Positions 46,129-55,844 are shown, counted from the first letter of the stretch. The stretch: 64,000 nt of DNA from an uncultured Cryomorphaceae bacterium (GCA_913043285.1 CAJWML010000007.1:43955-107954), one strand, 5' to 3'. Made by a program: numbers and translations. Notes: generated by a model not told the origin, from the letters alone.

Positions 46129-47145
46129 ATGAAGAAAAATCTAATATATCTCCTGGTATTTATAGTGCTGCTGGTAGTGGCTGGCTGGCTGCTTACCCGC
46201 AATAACAGGGAAGGTACTTTGGGATTGGAAGGCAATGAACGGTATGCCTTTGCTATTAAGGATACCGGTGATGTAGATAAGATCATAATCAAGGATAAAA
46301 CCCCCAGCGAGATTATCCTGAAGCGTGATGATCACCATTGGACAGTGAATGGGAGCGGCAGAGCCCGGGAAGATGCGATAGAGATACTTTTGGAAACCCT
46401 GTACCGTATGGAGATGCGGAACTTTATCCCGGAACGTATGCAACCCACGGTAATAAAGCGGATGGCAGTGCGCGGTAAAGAAGTACAGATATACAAGAAT
46501 GGCAAGCTTGCCAAAACTTTTTATGTAGGTACGGAAGCACATGACGAAATGGCTACCTATATGCTCATTAAAGGCAGTGATCAGCCCTTTGCTGTTCACA
46601 TTCCTGGCTTTAACGGCTTTTTGTCTACCCGGTTTTTTACCCAAGAGCATTTGTGGCGTAGCAGGACCATTGTAAGTGCCAGGCCCGGCATTATCCGTAG
46701 CATAGAAATGACGTATCCGGACTCGTCTTCCCAATCGTTTGAATTGAATGTATTTTCACCGGATAGTGTATATATAAAGAGCTTGCAGTCCGGAGAGGTA
46801 ATGCGTAACCGCGACCGGGTAAAAACCAACTTATTCCTCAACTCCTTCCGTAACCTTACCTATGAAGGTCTGATTATTCCTTCGGATCCCATATATAGTC
46901 GTAAGGACTCTTTGCTGGCCAGCAACCCGGTCTTCAGACTGAAATTAACGGATATTGACGGAAAAGTAACCACGCTGAGTGGTTACCGTATTAAGGGCCC
47001 CGAAGAAAGTTTGAATCCTGAGCTGGAGCCGCAACAATTTGATCCTGATCGCTTACACGGATTTATCAATGATGATAAGATGGTTTTGCTCCAATACTTT
47101 GGGCTTAACCCCATCCTGAAACCAAAGGACTACTTTTTAAAGTAG
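46129..47145 (+). CDS. DUF4340-like membrane-anchored protein
   Basis: Start at the ATG at 46129 (MKKNLIYLLVFIVLLVVAGWLL), 2 nt after the gldG stop. This is the usual position of DUF4340 genes after gldG. Confidence 0.5.
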   Translation: MKKNLIYLLVFIVLLVVAGWLLTRNNREGTLGLEGNERYAFAIKDTGDVDKIIIKDKTPSEIILKRDDHHWTVNGSGRAREDAIEILLETLYRMEMRNFIPERMQPTVIKRMAVRGKEVQIYKNGKLAKTFYVGTEAHDEMATYMLIKGSDQPFAVHIPGFNGFLSTRFFTQEHLWRSRTIVSARPGIIRSIEMTYPDSSSQSFELNVFSPDSVYIKSLQSGEVMRNRDRVKTNLFLNSFRNLTYEGLIIPSDPIYSRKDSLLASNPVFRLKLTDIDGKVTTLSGYRIKGPEESLNPELEPQQFDPDRLHGFINDDKMVLLQYFGLNPILKPKDYFLK

Positions 47146-47199
47146 CTATTTGTTAAAAATTACTGAAAAAAAGAACCTTTTAAGCCGGGCTTTTCCCTT

Positions 47200-47207
47200 T
47201 ATATTTG
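47200..47207 (+). promoter_or_regulatory. -7-type box TATATTTG upstream of dnaN
   Basis: Matches TAnnTTTG. Lies 38 nt upstream of the ATG at 47245. Confidence 0.4.
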
Positions 47208-47244
47208 TCCGTACACTTTATAGTTTTATCAAACCGAACGCATT

Positions 47245-48366
47245 ATGAAATTTATAGTTTCCAGTGGAGCGCTCCTTAAACAATTACAAATTGTAGGTGG
47301 GGTATTGAATAATAATAATACGCTCGCTATTCTGGATAACTTCCTTTTTGATCTGGACGGTAACAATCTTACCATATCTGCCTCAGATCTTGAAACCACT
47401 ATCAGTGCTTCCCTGGAGGTGGATAGTGAGGATAACGGGTTGGCAGCCATTCCCGCCCGCTTGCTCCTGGATGGATTGAAAGCCCTTCCGGAACAGCCGG
47501 TAACCTTTGTGATTAACGGGAGTAATAATACCGTGGAGATGAGTTCGGATTACGGTAAGTATTCACTGGCCTTTGTGGAAGGTGATGAATTTCCCAAGCT
47601 GCCGGAAATGGAGGATATCAGCACTACGGTAATTCCGGCAGAAATCCTGGCCACAGCAGTTAATAAAACATTATTTGCAGCCGGTAACGATGAGTTACGG
47701 CCTGTAATGTCAGGTGTTTTTTTTCAGTTCAGTTCAGATAATCTCACCTTTGTAGCTACAGATGCTCACAAGCTGGTACGCTACCGCAGGAATGATCTTA
47801 AAAGTGACAATACGGCTGAGTTCATCATGCCCCGTAAACCTCTTACGATCCTTAAATCCACCCTGGCTTCAGTAGGAGAGGAGGTTACCATTCATTACAA
47901 TGATACCAACGCCCGTTTCGAGTTTGAGAATATTATCCTTACCTGTCGCCTTATTGATGGTAAGTACCCCAACTATGAAGCAGTTATTCCTAAGGATAAT
48001 CCCAATCGCATGGAAATTGAGCGCGGGGTATTCCTGAGTTCCGTTAAGCGGGTAGCTATTTTCTCCAATAAAACCACCCACCAGGTGCGCCTCAAAATGG
48101 CCGGTTCCGAGTTGAATATTTCCGCTGAGGACCTCGATTTTTCCAATAAGGCTCACGAAAGGTTGAGCTGCAATTACCAGGGTGAGGATATGGAGATCGG
48201 TTTCAACAGCCGTTTCCTCAATGAAATGCTCAGCAACCTGGAGTCAGACAGTGTAAGCCTGGAAATGTCTGCCCCCAACCGCGCGGGCATTATCCTGCCC
48301 AATGACGGGCTTGAGGATGGGGAGGATATCCTGATGTTGGTGATGCCCGTAATGCTAAACAACTAA
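47245..48366 (+). CDS. dnaN: DNA polymerase III beta sliding clamp
   Basis: 373 aa. MKFIVSSGALLKQLQ start, three-domain length, and RPVMSGVFF and ATDAHKLV motifs. Confidence 0.95.
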   Translation: MKFIVSSGALLKQLQIVGGVLNNNNTLAILDNFLFDLDGNNLTISASDLETTISASLEVDSEDNGLAAIPARLLLDGLKALPEQPVTFVINGSNNTVEMSSDYGKYSLAFVEGDEFPKLPEMEDISTTVIPAEILATAVNKTLFAAGNDELRPVMSGVFFQFSSDNLTFVATDAHKLVRYRRNDLKSDNTAEFIMPRKPLTILKSTLASVGEEVTIHYNDTNARFEFENIILTCRLIDGKYPNYEAVIPKDNPNRMEIERGVFLSSVKRVAIFSNKTTHQVRLKMAGSELNISAEDLDFSNKAHERLSCNYQGEDMEIGFNSRFLNEMLSNLESDSVSLEMSAPNRAGIILPNDGLEDGEDILMLVMPVMLNN

Positions 48367-48393
48367 AATCCTATTGCCTGAGAAACTCCGGAT

Positions 48394-49032
48394 ATGAAGC
48401 TACTCGTTATCGGAGATGTTCACGGTTGCTATTACACCCTTAAGGAGCTGGTGGAGAAACACTGGCACCCGGGGGAGGAGATCCTTATACAGTTAGGTGA
48501 CCTTATCAATAAAGGACCCCATTCCGGGAAATGCATCCGGTACTGGCAGGAACTTGAAAAAGAATATCAGGGGCAAACCGTTCTTCTAAGAGGTAATCAC
48601 GAGCAGATGCTACTGGATTATTTCTTCTTCAAAAAGAACGAGGAATCCATGAAAAAACTTGTAAATAATATTGAGGAAGAAGGCTTCAATATTAAGAAAG
48701 CATGCGAGTGGTTGCGGGTTAAAGGATTAAAATGGGAGGCTGAAGGAATATTGGTAACCCATGCCGGGATTGCTAAAAGTACCGAAGATCCTTTCGACAT
48801 TAAAAACAGCAAAGGGGTTTTACTTAACCGCGGTCCTCTTAAGTGTCTGGATAAAGTTCAGGTGGTTGGCCACACTATGGTGCGTGGAGGCAAACCGCTC
48901 TTTAATCCCAAGGAAAATGCCTGGTTTATAGATACCGGGGCGTGGACCAAAAAGTATCTTTCAGCGCTATCCATAGAAAGTAATGGGGATAATCCAAAGG
49001 TGATCCGCCAGCTACGTTCTGAGAAGGATTAA
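48394..49032 (+). CDS. Metallophosphoesterase (PPP-family Ser/Thr phosphatase / ApaH-like)
   Basis: GDVHGC, GDLINKGP, GNHE and VTHAG motifs. Confidence 0.8.
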   Translation: MKLLVIGDVHGCYYTLKELVEKHWHPGEEILIQLGDLINKGPHSGKCIRYWQELEKEYQGQTVLLRGNHEQMLLDYFFFKKNEESMKKLVNNIEEEGFNIKKACEWLRVKGLKWEAEGILVTHAGIAKSTEDPFDIKNSKGVLLNRGPLKCLDKVQVVGHTMVRGGKPLFNPKENAWFIDTGAWTKKYLSALSIESNGDNPKVIRQLRSEKD

Positions 49033-49063
49033 CCCGTTTTACTATTGATTTTCTGAAGATCAG

Positions 49064-49108
49064 GAGACATGGTTTTTAAGGGTTAGAAATGTCTCACATT
49101 ATATTTTT
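49064..49108 (+). terminator. Hairpin plus T-run after the phosphoesterase gene
   Basis: GAGACAT (49064-49070) pairs with ATGTCTC (49089-49095). The loop is 18 nt, followed by ACATTATATTTTTCTTT. Confidence 0.4.
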
Positions 49109-49453
49109 CTTTCCAGTTAACCTTATTTCTGAGGTGGAAGCCGAAAACACATTGATTAGGTGTGATCAACACTGAATATTAGCCTTGGTGTTACTGTATA
49201 TACCTTGAGATTAAGTTTAAATAGATGACGGATTTAAGAGGACGGTTTGGAAAGCCTGGCTTCTTTTACCTGTTGCAGACTGGCACTTCGAAACATTCTG
49301 TTAGCATACTCCCGCTACGTATTGCTAAGGATTAAATATCCGTCTCATTTGGTATTTACCCGGAAGCCCCCTCCTTATTTCTTTGGTCTGAGATTTTGCG
49401 GAAGCCGAAAAGCATATAGAGTAGGCGAACTTCATTCATTAAAACCTTAGACC

Positions 49454-49996
49454 ATGAAAAAAGCAAGTAAGGTTCTTTTTTTACTAGTGGCATGTGCATT
49501 TATCAGTTTTTCGGCTAAAGCTCAATACGAAGCTGGCCAGAGTGACATTAACCTGGGAGTTGGCTTTGTAACCTTCGGACTGAATGGTGACGGAGCGTTA
49601 CCGATCAGCTTATCCTATGAGTATGGGCTCAATGACAATGTGAGTGTGGGTGCGTTTGCGGGCTATGCATCGGCTGAAGAAGAATTTGCCGGATACGGAG
49701 CTAACTATACCTGGACGTATAGCTACCTGATCATTGGGGCACGCGGTGCTTATCACAAGGAATTGGTAGATGGTGTGGATACCTACCTGGGTATACTTTT
49801 GGGTTACAATGTGGCCAGTGCCACTTTTGATGGTGATGATGCGTTGAAGCCTTACATTACCGAACCGTCTATTGGAGGATTGGCTTATGGCGTTTATGCA
49901 GGAGGTCGTTACCACTTTACCGATAACTTTGGTGCTTTCCTGGAGCTGGGCTACGGTATATCTGCTGTCAATATTGGTCTCACCATGAAATTCTAA
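49454..49996 (+). CDS. Small outer-membrane beta-barrel-like protein
   Basis: 180 aa. Signal peptide ending KAQ. G/Y-rich alternating strands. C-terminal GLTMKF. Confidence 0.55.
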   Translation: MKKASKVLFLLVACAFISFSAKAQYEAGQSDINLGVGFVTFGLNGDGALPISLSYEYGLNDNVSVGAFAGYASAEEEFAGYGANYTWTYSYLIIGARGAYHKELVDGVDTYLGILLGYNVASATFDGDDALKPYITEPSIGGLAYGVYAGGRYHFTDNFGAFLELGYGISAVNIGLTMKF

Positions 49997-50017
49997 GTTG
50001 CATTAATGTTATTTACC

Positions 50018-50052
50018 AAAGCCCCCGCTTTTAAAGCGGGGGCTTTTCTTTT
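50018..50052 (+). terminator. Rho-independent terminator
   Basis: AAAGCCCCCGCT pairs with AGCGGGGGCTTT, followed by TCTTTT. Confidence 0.8.
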
Positions 50053-50074
50053 AGGGCAGTCCGGTCTATTATTA

Positions 50075-50082
50075 TAATTTTG
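50075..50082 (+). promoter_or_regulatory. -7-type box TAATTTTG
   Basis: Matches TAnnTTTG. Lies 27 nt upstream of the ATG at 50109. Confidence 0.4.
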
Positions 50083-50108
50083 TGGCCTCATTCTTAAAAA
50101 GTACAAAC

Positions 50109-51743
50109 ATGATAAAAGGATTTTATAACGTTCCCTTTCCGGTAAATGAGCCTGTATTGAGCTACGCTTCCGGAACGCCAGAACGTGAAAATCTCCAGAA
50201 GGCCTATGACGAAATGTGGGGTTCTCAAATAGAGATACCCATGGTTATAGGAGGTGAAAAAATAACCACTGGCAACCTTCAGCGCGTAATGCCCCCGCAT
50301 GATCATCAACACAATGTTGGATCCTATCATTACGGAGAGGCCCAACACGTAAAGGATGCTATAAAGGCAGCATTGGATGCCAAAGAGCAATGGGAAGGCA
50401 TGAGCTGGGAGCATCGTGCTTCTATTTTCCTCAAGGCGGCTGATCTTATTGCAGGGCCATACCGTGCCCGTATCAATGCTGCAACCATGATATCGCAAAG
50501 TAAGAATGCCTTCCAGGCAGAAATAGACTCTGCCTGTGAAATGATCGATTTCCTGAGGTTTAATGTACAGTACATGACCGAGATATACATGGAACAGCCT
50601 GAATCCTCCGATGGCGTCTGGAATCGACTGGATTATCGTCCCCTGGAAGGGTTTACTTTCGCAATAACCCCCTTTAACTTTACAGCTATCGCAGGTAATC
50701 TACCTGCGTCCATGGCGCTGATGGGTAATACTGTAGTTTGGAAACCTTCCTTGAGCCAGATATACTCAGCCCATGTTTTGATGGAGGTTTTTGAAGAAGC
50801 AGGTGTGCCAGCAGGGGTTATCAATATGATCTTTACGGATCCGCAGGAAACTTCGGATATTGTTTTCAGCCATCCGGATTTTGCGGGACTCCATTATACC
50901 GGTTCCACCGAGGTATTCCGCAATATCTGGAAAACCATTGGCAATAATATCCATACCTATAAAACCTACCCGCGTATTGTAGGGGAAACCGGAGGTAAGG
51001 ACTTTGTAGTAGCGCATAAAACAGCTAATGCCCGCCAGGTAGCTACTGCATTAAGCCGTGGAGCATTTGAATACCAGGGACAAAAATGTAGTGCAGCCTC
51101 CCGCGCCTATATTCCTGATAATCTTTGGGAGGATGTGAAGAAGTATATGCTGGAGGATATCAAGAGCTTTAAAATGGGATCACCCCGTGACTTTACCAAT
51201 TTTGTAAATGCGGTTATTCATGAGGGTTCATTTGATAAGCTTGCCAGGTATATTGACCAGGCTAAAGCAGACAGTAGTGCCGAGATCATTGTGGGAGGTA
51301 ACTATGATAAATCCAAGGGATATTTTGTAGAGCCAACGGTAATTGTAACCACAGATCCTAAATACACTACTATTACCACGGAACTCTTCGGCCCTGTGCT
51401 TACCGTATATGTGTATAAGGCGGATGCCTTTGAAGAAACCCTGGAACTGGTAAATACCACCTCTGAATATGCTCTTACCGGTTCACTGTTTTCCGGTGAC
51501 CGTTACCTGGCCCAAAAAGGAGCCGATAAACTGCGTCATGCAGCGGGTAATTTCTATATCAATGATAAGCCTACCGGTGCCGTGGTGGGTCAACAACCAT
51601 TTGGCGGAGGACGGGCTTCCGGTACCAATGATAAGGCCGGTTCCAAACTGAACCTCCTACGTTGGATCAGCCCCCGCACTATTAAGGAAACATTCGTTCC
51701 TCCAACGGACTACCGTTATCCTTTTATGGAGGAAGATAAATGA
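50109..51743 (+). CDS. pruA: L-glutamate gamma-semialdehyde (1-pyrroline-5-carboxylate) dehydrogenase
   Basis: Aldehyde dehydrogenase motifs (VVWKPS, ETGGKD, GQKCSA) and EPT...ELFGPV. The N-terminus MIKGFYNVPFPVNEP is typical of P5CDH. Confidence 0.85.
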   Translation: MIKGFYNVPFPVNEPVLSYASGTPERENLQKAYDEMWGSQIEIPMVIGGEKITTGNLQRVMPPHDHQHNVGSYHYGEAQHVKDAIKAALDAKEQWEGMSWEHRASIFLKAADLIAGPYRARINAATMISQSKNAFQAEIDSACEMIDFLRFNVQYMTEIYMEQPESSDGVWNRLDYRPLEGFTFAITPFNFTAIAGNLPASMALMGNTVVWKPSLSQIYSAHVLMEVFEEAGVPAGVINMIFTDPQETSDIVFSHPDFAGLHYTGSTEVFRNIWKTIGNNIHTYKTYPRIVGETGGKDFVVAHKTANARQVATALSRGAFEYQGQKCSAASRAYIPDNLWEDVKKYMLEDIKSFKMGSPRDFTNFVNAVIHEGSFDKLARYIDQAKADSSAEIIVGGNYDKSKGYFVEPTVIVTTDPKYTTITTELFGPVLTVYVYKADAFEETLELVNTTSEYALTGSLFSGDRYLAQKGADKLRHAAGNFYINDKPTGAVVGQQPFGGGRASGTNDKAGSKLNLLRWISPRTIKETFVPPTDYRYPFMEEDK

Positions 51744-51744
51744 T

Positions 51745-51775
51745 AAAAAGGGAGGTTTTAACCTCCCTTTTTTAT
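51745..51775 (+). terminator. Rho-independent terminator
   Basis: GGGAGG-TTTTAA-CCTCCC followed by TTTTTTAT. Confidence 0.8.
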
Positions 51776-51921
51776 TTCCACCTCTGAAATATCTGTGGTA
51801 AAAATTTTTCATCTCCAGTATAAAATACTGATATTCAATAATTTGTGAATTATTTCATGGTTCATTAATTTCAATGTTAAATTAATGTTAATTTAAAGTT
51901 ACATGTAGGTAAAATAATTTG

Positions 51922-51929
51922 TATATTTG
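51922..51929 (+). promoter_or_regulatory. -7-type box TATATTTG in an AT-rich leader
   Basis: Matches TAnnTTTG. Lies 26 nt upstream of the ATG at 51955. Confidence 0.4.
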
Positions 51930-51954
51930 TTAAGTGAATTTAAAAATTGTAGTC

Positions 51955-52326
51955 ATGAAGAATTTCAGATGGATGTTAGCAGGTTGCCTGATAGTAGTGA
52001 CTGCCGCAGTTTCAATAGCTCAGCAAAAACCTGTTTACGAAAAAGAAGGAAATAAGGTAAGAGTTACCCATTTCTATGATAATGGCGCGGTAAAGGAAAC
52101 CGGTACCTATGCGGCCAATGGTAACCTTGATGGTAACTGGGTCCAATACAATGAGGACGGTTCCGTAAATACCAAAGCGTATTACAATAATGGAATGAAA
52201 GAAGGTAAGTGGTTCAGGTGGGATAACAATGGGATGGTGATGTATGAGATCGCTTATGAAAGCAACAAGCTAGTGAACGTGCAAAAGTGGAAACTTGAGC
52301 AAAAGAATATGTTAGCTGAAAATTAG
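51955..52326 (+). CDS. Secreted MORN-variant/YwqK-like repeat protein
   Basis: Signal peptide ending IAQ. Repeats of the G......Y..NG...G.W..Y type (YAANGNLDGNWVQYNEDG, YYNNGMKEGKWFRWDNNG). Confidence 0.55.
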   Translation: MKNFRWMLAGCLIVVTAAVSIAQQKPVYEKEGNKVRVTHFYDNGAVKETGTYAANGNLDGNWVQYNEDGSVNTKAYYNNGMKEGKWFRWDNNGMVMYEIAYESNKLVNVQKWKLEQKNMLAEN

Positions 52327-52353
52327 ATCAGTTTAACCGATTAAGTATTTTTG

Positions 52354-52383
52354 AAGGCGATTCCCCGGGATCGCCTTTTTTTA
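52354..52383 (+). terminator. Rho-independent terminator
   Basis: AAGGCGAT-TCCCCGGG-ATCGCCTT followed by TTTTTT. It lies inside the 5' extension of ORF 52351, which argues for the 52390 start of yaaA. Confidence 0.7.
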
Positions 52384-52389
52384 TGGATT

Positions 52390-53157
52390 ATGCTTATACT
52401 GATATCACCCGCTAAAACCCTTGATTTTGAATCCAATATGGCGATAGGTCCTTCTCAGGACCCGTACTTTTTGCCCGATGCCGTGAAGGTGAATAAAAGC
52501 CTTCGCAAAAAAAGCCGCAGGGCATTAAGGGAGCTACAAGGTATTAGTCAGCAGTTGGCAGAACTCAACTACCATCGTAACCAGGAATGGACAGCCGACA
52601 GAACCGGAGGTGAGAGACAAGCCGTGCTGGCTTTTAAGGGAGATGTTTACCAGGGGCTTAATGCGGACTCATGGGAAGTGCAGGATGTTGAATTTGCTGA
52701 TGAGCACCTAAGGATACTCTCGGGCCTTTACGGGCTTCTTCGGCCTACTGACCTCATAAAACCTTACCGCCTGGAAATGGGAACTTCATTGAAAGTGGGC
52801 AGAAGGGAAAACCTCTATCTTTTTTGGGCGGATAAGCTAAAGAGCTATTTCCGGGAAAATATAGAAAAGGATATACACGTTGTTAACCTGGCGAGTAATG
52901 AATATTTCAAGGCCATAGAAACTGCAAAGATCCCGAACCCAGTTCTGGAAGTCACTTTCAAAGATTTCTCTAATGATGATTATAAGGTGGTGAGTTTCTT
53001 TGCCAAGAAAGCCAGAGGCCTTATGGCAAATTTTGTTATTCGTAACAAACTAAATAAGTTAGAAGAGCTGAAGGCATTTAACGAGGAAGGTTATTATTTT
53101 GCCGAAGCTGAAAGTACCGATCATCATTATGTATTTTTACGCGATAAGACCAACTAA
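52390..53157 (+). CDS. yaaA: Peroxide stress protein YaaA (DUF328)
   Basis: Canonical N-terminus MLILISPAKTLDF. YGLLRP.D.I.PYRLEM motif. Confidence 0.85.
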   Translation: MLILISPAKTLDFESNMAIGPSQDPYFLPDAVKVNKSLRKKSRRALRELQGISQQLAELNYHRNQEWTADRTGGERQAVLAFKGDVYQGLNADSWEVQDVEFADEHLRILSGLYGLLRPTDLIKPYRLEMGTSLKVGRRENLYLFWADKLKSYFRENIEKDIHVVNLASNEYFKAIETAKIPNPVLEVTFKDFSNDDYKVVSFFAKKARGLMANFVIRNKLNKLEELKAFNEEGYYFAEAESTDHHYVFLRDKTN

Positions 53158-53173
53158 TTTTAAACGAGTCCGA

Positions 53174-53836
53174 ATGAGTCGAAAATTGTTTCTTGCTGCT
53201 ATTTTTTCTTTGGGAGCTATATGCACACAGGCCCAGAAACTGGCTTATTCAGAATATGGTTTGTCCGTAGGAACTCTGAATTACGGAGGTGATATTGCAA
53301 CCAGCAATAGCGTAGCGGCCATGCTTGATGAGGTGCGTCCGGATTTCGGGATTTATGCCATGCGCCACTTTAACGACTGGTTTGCGATGGGTGCAGAGGC
53401 ACATTACGGTTGGTTTTATGCCAATGATGAAAACCATGACTATCCTACTCGTGGCCTCAGTGTATCAACCAGTGTTACCCAGGCTAACCTTTTTGCAGAG
53501 GCTAACTTTATACGCTTTGGTAAATATCATTACGACAGGAAGTTTGGCTTGTACATTAAAGCAGGAGGAGGTTTTTTGGCTTATAATCCAACCCTGACCA
53601 TAAGCAACCTGGTACCGGAAAATATTGATCTTTACCCCAATTCATACTCAGGCTTTGCCTTTTACGGAGGTTTTGGGTTTAAATTCAGGACCAGTTTTAA
53701 AGGTGTTCTTCGTTTGGAAGCAGTGTTCCACTCCACCGGAACAGATCATCTGGATGGCTTTGAATACAAGAGACAGTTAACTAATAATGACGCCCTGGGT
53801 AGCATTCGTGTTAGTTATAGCTTGCTGGTATTTTAA
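53174..53836 (+). CDS. Outer-membrane beta-barrel protein (DUF6089-like)
   Basis: Start at MSRKLFLAAIFSLGAICTQAQ (signal peptide). Alternating aromatic strands. Family name is from memory. Confidence 0.45.
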   Translation: MSRKLFLAAIFSLGAICTQAQKLAYSEYGLSVGTLNYGGDIATSNSVAAMLDEVRPDFGIYAMRHFNDWFAMGAEAHYGWFYANDENHDYPTRGLSVSTSVTQANLFAEANFIRFGKYHYDRKFGLYIKAGGGFLAYNPTLTISNLVPENIDLYPNSYSGFAFYGGFGFKFRTSFKGVLRLEAVFHSTGTDHLDGFEYKRQLTNNDALGSIRVSYSLLVF

Positions 53837-53842
53837 AGGATA

Positions 53843-55333
53843 TTATTTCTGGTATTCAAAAGCCCCAAGGTCCGGGTCTCCGTCAATGTTTCGGACTCTA
53901 CCTTTCAAATCCAGGTTTACTTGAAGTGCATCCTGGCCGTTACCCTGGTCAATAGCCTGTGAAGTTTCCGTAAGGTCATATTGGTTTTGATCCACGTCAA
54001 CAAAGCCCGGATCCCGGTTAACTACCGGTGATGTAAAGCTTGGCCCCGTAACATCAAACCCACGATCCTCCTCATCACGGTCCAGCTTGAGGAGAGCATG
54101 ATTGAACTGATAGTTCAGTATACCGGCATCGTCTTTTTCAATACCCAGTTCCTGCGGGTTATTTCCGTAAACAATGCAATTCCCGAAATACGCCTTTTGC
54201 AGAGGCCGTACTACCCTTAGATTACTGCCGTCCTCTTCCCTGAAATCAAAGTAGTTGGTGAGATAGACTGCCGGTACCGTACGGGTTGATTGGGTCCAGT
54301 AATTGGCAAAGGTGCAGTGCAGGAACTCGTAATTACCCCCGTAGCAGAAGAGGCTGTAATACCCTGAATTAGCCACCACCAGGTTCTCAGCCTTTACACT
54401 TCCAAAACCGCCAAAAATTCCGGTACGTGAAGAATTCAGGATATAGCTATTGGTAATAGTAAGCTGATCGGGAAACTGTGCACTATCCAGCCGTATGGCA
54501 TTTTCCGAATTTTTTATCACCGCATTGTTGATGATACACCGGGCGCTGTCGTCAATGAAAATACCTCCTAATACACCACCCCACTGGCCTGGAATGTTTT
54601 CGTAGGAAGGTTCCAGCCGGTCACTGGTAAATAATACGGAATCACCAATGCCGGTGCTGGCGCCTTCCGCAACTTTTAACCGCCCTCCGTTAAATACCCA
54701 TAAACCACTGTTATTGTGGAAATAGACTTCCACATCGGGTTCAATAATAAGCTCACAGCCTTCATCCACTACAGCGTAACCATAAATAACGTGGCGTTCA
54801 CCGCGTCTCCAGGTCGTATTACAGTCTATAATAGAGTAGGGGATAAAAACAGAGTTAGGTCCTGTGCCGGAAATCAGGAACTTATTGGGATAGTGGAATT
54901 TTGCATCCCAAACAAGAGAAACCAGTCTAACATCCTGTTGGGTGCCTTTATTTTCAAAAAGGATACGGTCTTCATACACCATTTCCGGGGTAGAGCAGGA
55001 GCCCGCAGTTATTTCAATAAAAATGTAGATACTATCTTGGGGAAGGATCTCAATGTTGCTAAGGTTATTACCAGCTTTTCCATTAATGTTCAAACGGTAG
55101 CAGCTGGACTGGTTTTCAAGACGGATATTATCTACTACTACTTTTTCGGATTCGGGATTGTAAACCTTCAGCGTATAGGTGCTGGAACCAACCGTATTAA
55201 AAACGGTATCCAGGAAAACGGTATCCGTTGAAAACTTCAGATTAACGCCTTCAGTTTTAATAACGTTATCTTTGCGGCAGGCTGCTGCGGCTATCAGCGA
55301 AAGGATAATTCCTGTAAAAATTAGGTTCTTCAT
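53843..55333 (-). CDS. Lipoprotein with a right-handed beta-helix; choice-of-anchor Q-like C-terminus
   Basis: Lipobox AAAC. Repeated N..I.N / G-rich turns. C-terminal DPDLGAFEYQK resembles the D.GAYE ending of choice-of-anchor Q domains. Confidence 0.45.
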   Translation of the reverse strand: MKNLIFTGIILSLIAAAACRKDNVIKTEGVNLKFSTDTVFLDTVFNTVGSSTYTLKVYNPESEKVVVDNIRLENQSSCYRLNINGKAGNNLSNIEILPQDSIYIFIEITAGSCSTPEMVYEDRILFENKGTQQDVRLVSLVWDAKFHYPNKFLISGTGPNSVFIPYSIIDCNTTWRRGERHVIYGYAVVDEGCELIIEPDVEVYFHNNSGLWVFNGGRLKVAEGASTGIGDSVLFTSDRLEPSYENIPGQWGGVLGGIFIDDSARCIINNAVIKNSENAIRLDSAQFPDQLTITNSYILNSSRTGIFGGFGSVKAENLVVANSGYYSLFCYGGNYEFLHCTFANYWTQSTRTVPAVYLTNYFDFREEDGSNLRVVRPLQKAYFGNCIVYGNNPQELGIEKDDAGILNYQFNHALLKLDRDEEDRGFDVTGPSFTSPVVNRDPGFVDVDQNQYDLTETSQAIDQGNGQDALQVNLDLKGRVRNIDGDPDLGAFEYQK

Positions 55334-55420
55334 ACAGCAAGTAACGGATGTTTAACTTGGAAAATTGTAAAGGCGGTTTTTATTCTGTTTAAAACACTTG
55401 GCAAAAGTACAGGATTATTA

Positions 55421-55428
55421 TATCTTTG
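55421..55428 (+). promoter_or_regulatory. -7-type box TATCTTTG, with TTG about 20 nt upstream
   Basis: ACTTGGC...TATCTTTGCAGCC is a classic Bacteroidota promoter layout. It lies 51 nt upstream of the rpmE ATG. Confidence 0.5.
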
Positions 55429-55478
55429 CAGCCCTTTTAAAAGTTGGGCAAAATCCTAGCGCTAAAGAATACAGCATT

Positions 55479-55730
55479 ATGAAAAAAGACATTCACCCAG
55501 ATAATTACCGTACGGTTGCTTTTCGCGACATGAGCAACGGTGAGACCATCCTTACCCGTTCATGTGCGGAAAGCCGTGAAACTGCGGAGGTTGATGGAGT
55601 TGAGTATCCACTGATTAAAATGGAGATCTCCGCTACTTCTCACCCCTATTATACCGGTAAGATGAAACTTGTGGATACAGCAGGACGTGTGGATAAATTC
55701 CGTAACCGTTACGCTAAGTTCAAGAAATAA
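55479..55730 (+). CDS. rpmE: 50S ribosomal protein L31, type B (no CxxC zinc motif)
   Basis: MKKDIHPDNY start, SHPYYTGK, RVDKFRNRY. There are no paired cysteines. Confidence 0.9.
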   Translation: MKKDIHPDNYRTVAFRDMSNGETILTRSCAESRETAEVDGVEYPLIKMEISATSHPYYTGKMKLVDTAGRVDKFRNRYAKFKK

Positions 55731-55756
55731 GCTCTTGAATGATTCAAAGATCTTGT

Positions 55757-55787
55757 AAAAACCCTCGTTATAACGAGGGTTTTTTTA
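55757..55787 (+). terminator. Rho-independent terminator
   Basis: ACCCTCGTTA/TAACGAGGGT perfect inverted repeat followed by TTTTTTTAT. Confidence 0.85.
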
Positions 55788-55844
55788 TGCCCCTACTTCA
55801 AATTTTAAATAATCCCTTTATTTTCGTTGCAAACACTTTTCCGC

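Noticed and set aside
47146-47244. Replication origin or DnaA boxes next to dnaN
   Set aside because: There is no TTATCCACA-like box or AT-rich unwinding element in the 99-bp gap. dnaA is not adjacent.
49247-49450. 67-aa ORF in the long intergenic region
   Set aside because: The sequence is Cys/Arg/Leu-rich with no signal or motif. It runs straight into the next gene's start region. It is more likely non-coding.
52351-52389. 5' extension of yaaA (ORF start 52351), and similar upstream extensions of other ORFs (serA, pheT, lysC, pruA, rpmE, cdsA, DUF4340 and the cytochrome)
   Set aside because: The extensions overlap terminator hairpins, promoter boxes or upstream genes. Internal ATGs give canonical N-termini or signal peptides, so the shorter models were used.
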